A DNA stretch of 64,000 bases from Nymphaea colorata (taxonomy: Eukaryota), in assembly GCF_008831285.2 (NCBI RefSeq), contig NC_045138.2, positions 20,956,001-21,020,000 on the forward strand. The letters are read 5' to 3'. The first letter of the stretch is position 1, and the number at the start of each line of letters is the position of its first letter. A program made the translations under genes and the position numbers. Positions 53,172 to 63,961 of this stretch are shown piece by piece. The notes beneath the pieces are model-generated. The model searched no databases and was not told the origin of the DNA. It saw only the letters and a list, made by a program, of their open reading frames with translations.

Positions 53172-56100
53172 GCTGCCTAAGTTTTCTCAAGTTGATTGTT
53201 TTGATTGTTGCATGCTATACTCTTGATTGTATCATAGCGCAACCAGATTAAGATCACATTGTCAAGTCGTGCACTATGGCCATTGAAGGCAAGACAGAGA
53301 CACAATATGAGCATAAGAACACAGACAATCTCTTTTCTTATGGCTTCACTGTAAAGTTAGATGCTCCTAAGTTGGAAGACAGATGTTGGGATAAGCTTGG
53401 TCGTCCTTCCGCTGTACCCCTAGGAAAAGGTGTTGCATTTAAGCAGGGCAAGAATTCATTACAATCTCCTATTGGATCTATCCAGGCAGCTTCATCAGTA
53501 GTAGAGGGGTCTTTACCTTCTTTCAATCCTGTGACTGTGACTGTGAATATCAACAAGTCAGAGTATGAGGAGTTCTTAGCACACAAATCTACTCAATCGT
53601 CGGCCTCTACAGTTATGATAGACAGTGCTATGTCCGTTGATGCTGCTCCACATGATACATGTACTACTTGGATTATTGATTCAGGAGCATCGAGACACTT
53701 TTGTAGTAGGCCTTCTATGTTTATCGTGCTACACTCATTACATCAGACACGTCATGTGAGACTTGCAAATGGTAGATGGTCTCTTATTATGGGCTATGGA
53801 GATATTAAGATTTCTCAGCTTATGACAATTCCTAATGTGTTATATGCTCCTAAGTTTCCCACTAATCTTTTATCAGTTGGACAATTGATTAATGATTTAC
53901 ATTGTCGTGTTACATTTGACTCTGGTGTATGTTCATTTCAGGACTTGCAAACTAGGAAAACGATTGGTGGAGGCTATGACAATTCCTAATGTGTTATATG
54001 CTCCTAAGTTTCCCACTAATCTTTTAAGGACCCCACACATCAACATGGAGAAGATCAAATAGTCCACAACTAGAAATGGGGCATCTACTTCCTGTTTGAT
54101 TCTGTGGGTATTGCAGCTGTCTCGACTTCTCGACTTCTTCATTGTCCTCCTCCTTCCAGTGGCATCTCAGACTTGGTCATCCATCTGTCTCCAAGGTTCA
54201 TCACCTACTTCCTCATCTATTAGTTCCAGAGTCGTTCCAATGTGAGGCCTGTCAATTTGGCAAGCACACCCGTAGCAGTTATTCATCGAGTCTTAGTCCG
54301 TCTAGTTGTGGACTATTTGATCTTCTTCATGTTGATGTGTGGGGTCCTAGCAGAGTTGCTAGTAGGTCTAGATTTTGTTTTTTCCTCGTCATTGTTGATG
54401 ATTATTCTCGAGTCACTTGGGTTTTCCTTTTGAAAGAAAGGTCTGAGGTCATATGTACTCTCAAGAACCTTATTATTGAAATAAAGACCCAGTTTGGTAT
54501 TCTTGTTAAAAGCGTTCGCACTGATAATGCTCTTAAGTTCAAGGCATCTACCTTAATGAAATTTTACTCTGATAATTGCATTTCTTCTCAGTTTACTTGT
54601 CCCCATACCTCCCAACAAAATGGAGTAGCTGAGTGAAAACATCGCCAACTTTTAAATGTGGCACACTCCCTAATGCTTCATACTAATCTACTTACCTATT
54701 GCTCTTCGTAAAGGCAAGCGACAATGTACTCTGCATCCTATATCTCATTTTGTTTCTACTGACGGTGTTGGTAAAAGTATGCAACAGTTTATTCAAGCTC
54801 TGGCGGCCCATGCAGTTCCTACTTGTCACCAACAGGCCTTATTAGATACCCAATAGAGACAAGCTATGCAAGAAGAGATGAATGCATTAGTTCAGCGAGA
54901 CACTTGGGAACTTGTTGATCCTCCTCCTGGTTGTGACATTGTTGGCTCCAAGTGGGTATTCACAGTGAAATATAATTCTGATGGTTCTATGGAAATATAC
55001 AAAGCTCGGTTGGTTGCTAAGGGCTACACGCAGACTTACGGGATTGATTTCTTCGAGACTTTCTCTCCTGTTGCTCGGTTGGGAACCATTCGTCTTATCA
55101 TCTCTGTGGCTGAACACCATGACTGGCACATGTATCAGCTTGATGTCAAAAATGCTGTTTTGTATGGTGATCTCGATGAGACTGTCTATATGCCACAACC
55201 ACCAGGGTTTGAACGACAGGGGGAGTGTGGAAAAGTGTGTAAACTGAAGAGAGCTATTTATGGACTCAAGCAGAGTCCTCGTGCTTGGTTTCACAAGTTC
55301 TCTGAGGTAGTCTCAAACTGTGGCTTTGCGAGATCCCCTCTTGATCATTCTCTGTTTATCAAGAAGAATTCCAGGGGTATGACCGTTCTAGTAGTTTATG
55401 TTGATGATATTATCCTGACAGGTGATTCCGATCAAGAAATTTCTGATACAAAGTTGTTCCTTCAAAAACACTTTGTGACGAAAGATCTTGGTCAACTACG
55501 ATATTTCTTGGGAATAGAGGTGGCTCGCAATGGGTAAGGTGTAGTTCTCTCTCAACGAAAGTATGTTCTGGATTTATTGCAAGACACCGGGATGCTAGGA
55601 GCTAAACCGGCCAATCTACATATGAATCCACGCATACATCATCATGATGACCAATCAGAATTAGTCGATTCTCGATCATACAGGTCTCTTATTGGAAAGC
55701 TCCTCTATGTTACTGTGACCAGACCAGACATTAGTTTTGCAGTGGGGAAACTAAGTCAATTTATGGAAAGACCCAGGAAAGTTCATTGGGATGCTGCTTT
55801 AATGGTGGTCAAATATCTGAAATCGTCTCATGGCAAAGGACTTTTGTTCACAAAAGGCAAGACCCTGGATGTGGAAGCCTATAGTGATGCTGACTATGCT
55901 GGCTCAGTCGAAGACAGGAAATCTACCACAAGATTCTGTGTATTTGTGGGAGGCAACCTTATATCTTGGAGAAGCAAAAAGCAAGGTGTGTTGTCAAGAT
56001 CTAGTGCAGAATCTGAATACAGAGCTATGGCTCAAACTGCCGCTGAAATGACTTGGGCTAAATCCATGCTATCTAGCCTAAGTGTGTCAATTCCGCTTCC

Positions 56101-58643
56101 CATGAAGATGTATTGTGACAATCGAGCAGCCACATACATTGCGAATAATCCAGTAATCCAGTTTTCCATGAGAGAACTAAACATATTGAAGTGGACTATC
56201 ATTACATTCGGGATCTCGTTCAAGGAGGAACCATAACCACCATTCATGTATCATCAGAAGATCAAGCTACAGATGTCTTCACTAAAGCTCTTCCTATTGG
56301 TGACTATTCTAGATGTTGTGACAAGTTGAGCATGATTAATATGTATGCTGCAGCTTGAGGGGGAGTGTTGAATTAGAAGAGTTTATGTTTCTAGGTGGTT
56401 CTTTTGTAATATTTAATAGTTAGGAGGTCTTTTTAAACATTTATCTATTTTCTGTTGATGTACTTTGTAAATCTCTCTTCAACCCTAATCTCTTTATTAT
56501 GGAGATTAGGGTTAGTGAATGAGGTTACGTTTTCTCTCTCTAAGGCTGCTGGCTGTAACAAGAACTAAACACATAGAGGTGGATTGTCATTATGTTCGGG
56601 ATCTTATAAAAGAAGGTGTGGTGTCTACGGTTCATGTAGCTTCTGAAGATCAGGCAGCAGATATGTTTACGAAGGCTCTTCCAATTGGTGATTTCTCTAG
56701 ATGTTGTGACAAGCTGAGCATGGTTGATATCTATGTTCCAGCTTGAGGGGGAGTGTTGAACCAGAAAGTTTATTTTAAGTGTAGTAGTTTTTTATTATTT
56801 AAAAGTTGGAGTCTTGTTTTGTCTTTTTACAACTTTATGAGGCTCCCTTATGTAACAGCTCTAAACGTGTCCTAACCTCTCTTTAAGTAGAGACTAGGGC
56901 ACAATAATAAGAATATCTCTTTCATGTCTCTCTCTCTCTCTCTCTTCCACGTGCAGCATGGCTGATATCTTCATGAGTGTGACTCTTGAAGTGTTTCTAT
57001 CATTAAGTTCAGGCCTGATTTACACTGGTTTGGTAATGCTTAAACACATGAGTGCTCCAGCCAATTGTCTATGTAGTGTTAAATTCTTCAAAGGGTACTA
57101 CGTCGTCAATCTCCATTTTCGAACCCATTTACTTCTGGTGTCTCAACTTTTCCTTTTCATTAGTCTGACTGGATCTAACAATAATATCTGAGGCAAACTT
57201 AATTTAAAACAAAAATAACATGTATAAGAAAAACTTCAATGCCTAAAAAAGTGACAAGTATCCCAAGTCTATCTCCCAAATCTATCATTCCAAATTAATT
57301 TTCCAATGGACATCTGATTTCTTTAATTTTTTTTGTCACTTCCTTTATTATTCCTCTGGACCCCAAGAAACATTAATTCCATGGACAACATGAGCCAGTT
57401 GATGGTTATAATTATCGTCCACTAGTTGGTAAGCTCCTCTATGTCACTGTCACTGGATTTGATATAGCTTTGGCAATTAGAAAGTTTGTCAATTTATGAA
57501 TAAACTGACTAAGGTACACTAGGATGCAGCCACAATGATGCTCAGGTACTTAAAGTCTTCCCTTAGTAAACGATTGCTATTTAAGCGAGGATCAACACTT
57601 GATATTGTAGCAAACGAAGTAGATTGTCATTACATCCATGACATGGTTCAGGGGGAAATCATCTCCACTATACATCTTGCCTCAAAAGATCCTTACTAAA
57701 GTTTTGCCTATTGCGGAGTTTTTTAGATGTTGTGACAAGCTGAGCATGATTAACATCTATGCTCCAGCTTGAGGGGGAGTGGTGAATAATATTTATGTTA
57801 GGTGGTGTTTTGAATGTTTAATAGTTTTAGGAACAACTCTTTATTAATAATTGTTTTAGTCTTGGACTTATTTTGTAATTTGTTGGTTTCACCCTCATTC
57901 TCCTTTAACATGAGATTAGGGCAAATTAATGAGTAACGAATTTGTTTCTCTCTCTCTCTCTCTCTCTCTCCCTCTTCTCTTCTCCCTTGTGGACTCACGA
58001 AACAATTAGTTCAAGCTTTGATACCATGTGAAATTAGTTCTCGAGTACATAACATCAAGATCAAATAAAGAACTTGACAAATAATACCAAAAAACGATTA
58101 TTTACAAGTGTGCTGGGATATAAAACACCGAAACAGTCTTTGTTAGAGGCCAAATGCTTAGAGAAGCATGATAAACAGCAGGGATCCCCTTAAATCTATA
58201 CAGCTCAAAAATCTAAAAAAGACCAGAAACTGGGAGAGAAATAAAAAATAAAACATATATATAGAAAAGAAAATAAGCAAAAAAGTTACATATTTAACCT
58301 ATATACAAAGTACATTTACAACATTATATACAATCGCACACACACATCTTTGGACTTTCTTCTGAGCATTCCAACCACACATGCACCCAATCCCCTTTTC
58401 TCTCCTCTCTAATACTCTGTTAAGCGTTTGTGTTTGTATTCACCATGTGTCCTCAATTTCTTTTTTTTTTTTTATTCTCATTGTCTCATGATATGGGAAA
58501 TTCGTGCAGATTTATATGCACCACTCTCTCCTACAATGTCCTGGCATGTACATCTGCCCAATGGAGAGTCTGATAAGCTGAAAGATGAGGATGGATTATC
58601 TCCAGAGTTTATCACCATTCTCCGGCATGATTACTTTGTCTAG
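40980..58643 (+). CDS. NIPA-family (DMT superfamily) probable magnesium transporter, NIPA6/7-like, 9 exons, 356 aa
   Basis: Exons 40980-41130, 41227-41283, 41389-41479, 41611-41771, 41905-42032, 42185-42322, 45135-45227, 45353-45470, 58510-58643 (1071 nt, phases consistent; introns 3 and 8 are GC-AG). Motifs: NLKGFLLAVVSSAFIGSSFILKKKGL, GGYGYLLEPLWWVGM, GEIANFVAYIFAPAVLVTPLGALSII, QLNYLNMALDTFNAATVSPIYYAMFT, IMFKDWSGQ. The start codon is less certain. Confidence 0.92.
45821..46570 (-). mobile_element. Old minus-strand Copia remnant D: RNase H fragment plus probable 3' LTR (about 45821-46126)
   Basis: The minus strand gives LISWKRKKQ, FHERTK, KHIEMDCHHARE and QLVEIFTKAL, with frameshifts. The adjacent TG..CA block resembles 58027-58323. 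Confidence 0.65.
47604..47757 (+). repeat. Tandem duplications in the Copia A 5' leader (about 51-bp and 19-bp units)
   Basis: caaggtctgaagatc(g/a)ttggggatatgaagacacatgtttcaaagt twice, and ttgcagtcaaaggcag twice. Confidence 0.85.
53116..53169. repeat. (AT)n microsatellite in the Copia B leader
   Basis: Pure AT run. Confidence 0.95.
53276..56358 (+). pseudogene. Copia B gag-pol remnant (gag and integrase C-terminus deleted; stops and frameshifts)
   Basis: NLFSYGFTVKLD fused to LEDRCWDK. Also WIIDSGASRH, WHLRLGHP, HVDVWGP, LPIALRKGKRQC, KARLVAKGY, YVDDII, YSDADYAG, DKLSMINMYAAA*. Confidence 0.9.
57385..58004 (+). mobile_element. Older Copia remnant C of the same family as A and B (RT end / RNase H fragment, PPT, 3' LTR from 57780)
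   Basis: YRPLVGKLLYVTVT, EVDCHYIHDMV, RCCDKLSMINIYAPA*, then PPT GAGGGGGAG at 57771-57779 and an LTR with the same layout as B. Confidence 0.8.
58015..58323 (-). mobile_element. Minus-strand PBS plus 5' LTR, possibly the other end of remnant D
   Basis: GCTTTGATACCA (58015-58026) is the reverse complement of TGGTATCAAAGC and abuts TG at 58027. Shares taaagaacttga.aaa.aatac and agaggcca with 45821-46126. Confidence 0.55.
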
Positions 58644-61600
58644 AGGTGCTTGTAAATTTTCTGTGGACAGACTCAAGCTTCGAGAGCGACGAGGGTCCTA
58701 GTGATCAAATCAAATACCACCACTGAACCAATGAAATTGTGAAGGCTTTGATGTCGATTGTGGTTTGGTGTTTGCTTATGGGCTGTCATTCGATGATGTA
58801 GCATTGAAAGATCCAGAACATCACTCCGCATGCTCATCTAAAGTGCATCAGCAGCTCGAGATCAGTGCTTGCTCTATCCAAAGCTTTACTCGTTTTCGTT
58901 TCATTTTGGCCCATTCTGCTCCTTTGTAACAGCAAGGTTGCCTGCTGTTGATGCTTTTGTGAATTTTGGTTTCCATTATATTCATTTTATGTTTCTGACT
59001 GCAGATGGCTTCATTTTTGTTGCCTGTACAGGTTGAAAAATGATGCAGGGACTGTATATTAGCATTCTAATTTTATATGGAAGTGCAGTTTTCTATTTAA
59101 CTTATGTTTTCCTTCAAATGTTTGCTGCAACATAACTAACGGAACAACTAAAAGCAAAATGAGAGAACGCATCAGTGGTAAAAAGGGCTACGTGGCAGTG
59201 CACGGGTGTATAAAGCTTTTGTACTGCTCATTCTTACCTAGTTTTAAACTTTGGGCGTGAAGCGTTACTTGCTTTGCCCTTTTTTATGTGCAAGGATGTG
59301 CATGGGATCATATCAAATGTGCCGTGTACGTATGTATTTTTCGGGTACCAAGTCTACAATCCCATAATTGATCACCATGTTTCAGTTTTGTGGCACACTG
59401 AGATCCTGTGGTGTACCATCAACTTGGTGGTATCCATAATCCAAACTTACCAGATAGATAGAGGCTCTTGTAAGCTGGTTATGATGATCTCCGGTCGACC
59501 AAAGCGATTAGAATGATATGATGCCGTAGGAAAGGACTGAGGTCATGGATAAATCTGAACATGTTTTAATGTAAGCTGCTGAATATCGCTAAAGGAATTT
59601 CAAGATCTGCTTACACCTTTGAACAAGTGATTTTCTCGTCCTCTGTGATCATTCCCCAAGTTCTAGAAAGCTGTTTAGAACCTATCCTTCGGTTGGTACG
59701 GGAGGAAAAACGTATCTTATCATGCTCATTTTGCGCTTGAGATCTGCTCAAAATCTTCCGAGTTACCTTCTGCAGAACTTTATTTGCATTCTGCTAATTA
59801 GAAGTTTGGTGCACAGTAAATTGGTTTCTAAGAAAATATGAAGTGATATAAAAGCTACCTTCAGCTATATTATTTTGGCATTTGAGGTTGTTTGTCTTTC
59901 CGCAATGTAGTATCACCAAGACACCAAGACTTTTACTCTAAGAAACGCAACTATGCATGAAAGTCTTCAAGTCGTCTACTTTTTTTCTCTATCGTAAGAT
60001 TATATGTGCAAGACTATATTAAGATGCAGAACCACCGTAAAAGAGAGGCTTAAAATCTGTGGGATATAAACTCTCAGGGACACGGTGCTCTGTGATGCAC
60101 ATGATGAGGAGCATATTGGAGCCCTTACCGTCTTGCAGGGCAGGTGTGCACCCACCAACAAAACCCACAAAAAGGATTTATTGCTTATTTTCCTGTTGTT
60201 AGTATCTAAATCTACTTGCATGAGACCCTTGAAAATGGTTATGAGAACCTCCTAACATGCGCAGATGGGCAGCATCAATCCCACAATTTCAGGTTGCCGA
60301 GTATGGTCGAGTAAAAACCTTATCTGCAAGACTATAGGAGAACACCTTCTGAATCGCAATATACTAAGTTGATTATTGACCATGTAAATAAGATTTCTTC
60401 TGTTCATTTGATTAAAACACAACGGTTTTAAGGGATACAAAAATGCTTGAATCCCACGAGATTGACAACATCTTCATGACCATTGTTCTTTGAAATGTAG
60501 TAATGGGATTCCGAGCATCCGATGTAATCCTGCCAGGGGGTAGGCCTCCAGTTATTCAAGGTCCATTTTCATGTGCGTCTCACTACCAAATGGCCAAGTA
60601 TGGTGGGCATTTACATTCGCAAGGTATACGTGCGGTTTTGAAAATAGGTTTTGAAGCTGATATCAACTAACAGCATGCAGCGGTCCTAACAGATGGTCCT
60701 ACCAGTAAGAATGCAAGTAGCTATTTCCTCAAAGAATGCAAGAAGGGATTTAAACACACAACTTATAACAGATGCAAATCCAGCTATAGTATTTCCATAA
60801 CCAGGTATGGAATTCCTGTACTGAACACTTCTTGAGATACCCGTATGACGAAGACTATAATGTACTTTCAGACGTGGATGAGAACGGGGACCTGTCAAGA
60901 ACCATTCCTGATAATACAGGATAGAGAAATAATCATAAATGGCTGCTGCCTATACCATACCAGAGGTAAGGATGGTACAGGAAGGAAGAAAGGTTGTCCA
61001 GGAGGAACTTTTGGTTCAAATGCCTTAGAAAAATGGAACATACTCTTCCTGGAAAAAAGAGGTATTGGAAGTATTCATGAGGACATAATTGCCACCCACG
61101 GCTGAAATGGTTAACCTCTAACAATGTTGGATGGTAGAAAGGCTCAATGGAGCTGTAAGGGGGAGAAACAAAATATAAGACCAGAAAGGCAATGGAACTT
61201 TTCTCATAGCATAGCTTCCTAATCTGAACACAGTTCAGGAAGAGTGCAGCTTGTTTCAGAACTCCCAGTCAAGAATTAACCTGTCTTGGCTGACGAAATC
61301 AATTTTCCAATCTTATTGTATCGTTTGTATTTACGCTGCCGCTGTGGTCCATCCTTTTTTTTTTCTCTTGTTTTCGGCTCCTTCAATGTGGTTTTGTAGA
61401 CGTTCACCCTTTCATAACAGTTGAGGGTTAATCTCTCAGCAGTCTTTGCATTTCGCTGCCTCCTACCTGCAGCAGTCTTGCATAGAAAAAGAAAAACAAC
61501 GAAACGTGAAATATACATTATTTCCATTTAACTTAAGCACATACACAAGCTGATGCAGCAACACTTGGTAAAAACAGAAGGTTTCCCAAACAGCAAGCTC

Positions 61601-61754
61601 TTTTACTATCATCATAACTGCTTCACTACCAAAGCAAACATCAGGCTGCCAATAGTTTCAAGAGAGCGAACAGTTCTATCCCCAAACAAGATGTTGATTT
61701 ATGTGATTTGTGCATGGGGACAGTCCAAATGGATAACATATAAAATTCAGAGAC

Positions 61755-63961
61755 TCAGGATGCCCATAACTCGTACATTCCATTCAATTGTGCTACACCA
61801 ACAGGTTTAAGGGACATACGATATATCTCCTTGAGCTTCCTAACATCACAACCCCTGTTAGGAACACCTTGATGGATATCAGTCGATTTATTGGTATTTC
61901 CAGCCAGTGCACTTGATAACATCTTCTTCAGCAATGACTGTAACTGGTCAAAAAATGTCTTACAAATCACAGTCAGGTCACTTTCTACCACATCATCACT
62001 CGGTTCTCCCACAACCACATGTCGCCCTTCAAGCAGATGCATTAATGCCGTCTCCAACATCTGCAATAAATGCCATTAGAATCTCATTCCGTTGCTCAAT
62101 ATGAAGGTGAACAGTCACTAAAATTGTCATAAAGATGAGAATCAAACAATTAACTGAAACTTGAGGCATAATGATCAGATCCTGACATAAAATTATGGTG
62201 GTTCTGTCAAAAATGATCGGTCCTGGATAAGTATAAACCCTATTCTAGTAGCAGAGCATGAAACTTCATTATGGATATGACGACAAATTGCTAATTGAAT
62301 ATGTCATGGGCTGATAGATTCAAGCTGCAGCACCTACAGAAACAACAAGCAAGGTTTGACCACACAAGTTGGATAAGCAATTTGCAAAGGAGTCCTCTCA
62401 GGCAACCAACCACAAGAGAACGAAAACACAAAAGAGAAAGGGAAGGCAACAGATCGTTTCAAGGACAAGATTTCGTTAAGCAAGAGGATAAAGTCGCATA
62501 AGGAAATATCTCTCAAATTGATAGAATTAACCTGTGGCATGCCTCACAAGGATGAAAACGCCAGCTTTCAACCATCTAATTAATCACAAGGAAGCATGAA
62601 AGCAGAAGAGCTTGGCAGGCAACAGATTACATGAAGACAGGAACTGATTAAGCAAGAGGAAAGAGTGGCATTAGGTGCACAAATCTCCCTTGATTCTAGA
62701 GCATGCAAGATCAAGATGAAGTGCCTTGCTTCTTTTCCCACTCCAGACAGTAAAGGACCATCAGCGAGCTATTCAGAAATACTTACAAGGCCATAGGCCC
62801 GTGTGAGTTAGCCAAGACCATGGTAGGCTATATTAGAAGGGTTGAAATGCAAGCAAAAAAGTAAGGGTGTCACAGAATATATTCTACCTACAAGAAACAA
62901 GGCCCGCTTCAAAATGTCCCTCTCCTATCTCAAGTATATAGGTTTTGGCCAGGTCGATGATTTTATTCTACCTGGATAAATGCTGCCAATCCTGCAGAAG
63001 TGAATATGCATAACAAATGCGATGGAAGCAAACCAAAGGGTTATATTCAATCAAATATTTGCAATTTGAAGAAGATTACAAAAAACTGAGGCATCATTTG
63101 CCTTCAAGGACTAAAATTTGAACTAACATAGAAAGGCAACCTATTTACTTTGGAGACTAGTTTGATGGGGTGAGCTCGTTATGACCAGAAATATTTTTTC
63201 TTCTCCCCTTTCCTGAAAAAGGTATAAACTAAGAACGACCAATGGAGCTTAAAGGCTTGGTTTCTTTGAGAAGGTGACTAATAGATTGATTTCTTGGTAG
63301 TCAGTAGGAAATTTGAGTGCATAATCACATCCATCTTGTTATATCACAGACACAGCTGCAAACACAAGGACACAACCATGATGAGAGGACTTGTACAGAA
63401 GGAAAAAAAAGGAGTATTTACACTCAATACGGGTATTTCTGTGACAGCCTTCTTGCATCTCTGCAGCCTCAAATTCAAAATATGCCAATCCACCATGCTA
63501 AAGAAAAAATAGTGAGATGTCTTGGCATCTTTTCAAACCCTAAAAGAATAAAAAACAAGCAAACACATGGAAGCTAACCGCCCAAAAAAACACATGAACA
63601 TCTGCAAATAAAAATATTCACTTTCCTTAAGACTTGCAAGGTTTAGCATAAGAGAACAAAGAAAAATAAAAAAAGATCAAGAGAAAAAAACAATCAAAAA
63701 TCAAAATTATAACTTTTTAAGTAGACAGCTTCTGATTGGCAGATATGCAGAAGATAACAAGTTATTGCATAACTACGTATGTCTCATGAGTTGCTTTAGG
63801 AAACATACCATGCTTGGATGAATAGAATTTGATAACCTTGAAGCTAGATTGGAACGCTCCAAGAGAATTTTCATGTACATAATAGGATGTGATTTTGGAC
63901 CATAAAATTCAATTGCCTTTTGCCAGCTCCTCTCCGCCAGAGAGGCATATCTTTTGAGCTT
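61755..63961 (-). CDS. EDRF1-like (erythroid differentiation-related factor 1-like) protein, last two exons; the 5' part lies beyond the window
   Basis: Exon 63809-63961 (KLKRYASLAERSWQKAIEFYGPKSHPIMYMKILLERS..) and exon 61755-62060 (MLETALMHLLEGRH..QLQSLLKKML..KLKEIYRMSLK..MYELWAS*) are joined by a phase-0 GT-AG intron. Matches the C-terminus of plant EDRF1-like proteins as I recall it. Confidence 0.8.

Larger units (their letters stand above)
52231..56560 (+). mobile_element. Ty1/Copia LTR retrotransposon B (internally deleted), nested in the RNase H of A
   Basis: 5' LTR 52231-52424 and 3' LTR 56366-56560. PBS TGGTATCAGAGCC at 52425-52437. PPT GAGGGGGAG at 56357-56365. Perfect 5-bp TSD AGAAC at 52226-52230 and 56561-56565. 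Confidence 0.97.
48227..56746 (+). pseudogene. Copia A gag-pol polyprotein, disrupted by stops and frameshifts and split by element B at 52231-56565
   Basis: Domain order gag (KLDGHNYELW; CTYCGKIGHLEDRC), protease (WIIDSGASRH), integrase (WHLRLGHP; HVDVWGP; QQNGVAERKH), RT (KARLVTKGY; YVDDII), RNase H (YSDADYAG; ISWRSKKQ; HERT|KHIEVDCH). Confidence 0.92.
47183..56958 (+). mobile_element. Ty1/Copia LTR retrotransposon A (full-length, inactivated), host of nested element B
   Basis: 5' LTR 47183-47384 and 3' LTR 56754-56958 (TG..CA). tRNA-iMet PBS TGGTATCAGAGCC at 47385-47397. PPT GAGGGGGAG before the 3' LTR. TSD TGGTT/TGGCT (1 mismatch). Confidence 0.95.
46769..57180 (+). mobile_element. Unrelated LTR-like sequence E (about 46769-47182 plus 56964-57180), split by Copia A
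   Basis: Begins TGTTAGA, with a possible end TCTAACA at 57180. Contains a strong hairpin and TATAAATA. No matching TSD, so the boundaries are uncertain. Confidence 0.45.

Noticed and set aside
52601..53226. ORFs in the Copia B leader (e.g. 150 aa containing YIYIYI)
   Set aside because: Leader sequence plus the (AT)n repeat, with no domain signal.
62972..62991. Possible 20-nt micro-exon (cag|GATTGGCAGCATTTATCCAG|gt) in the EDRF1-like intron
   Set aside because: The flanking exons already join in phase 0, and adding 20 nt would shift the frame.
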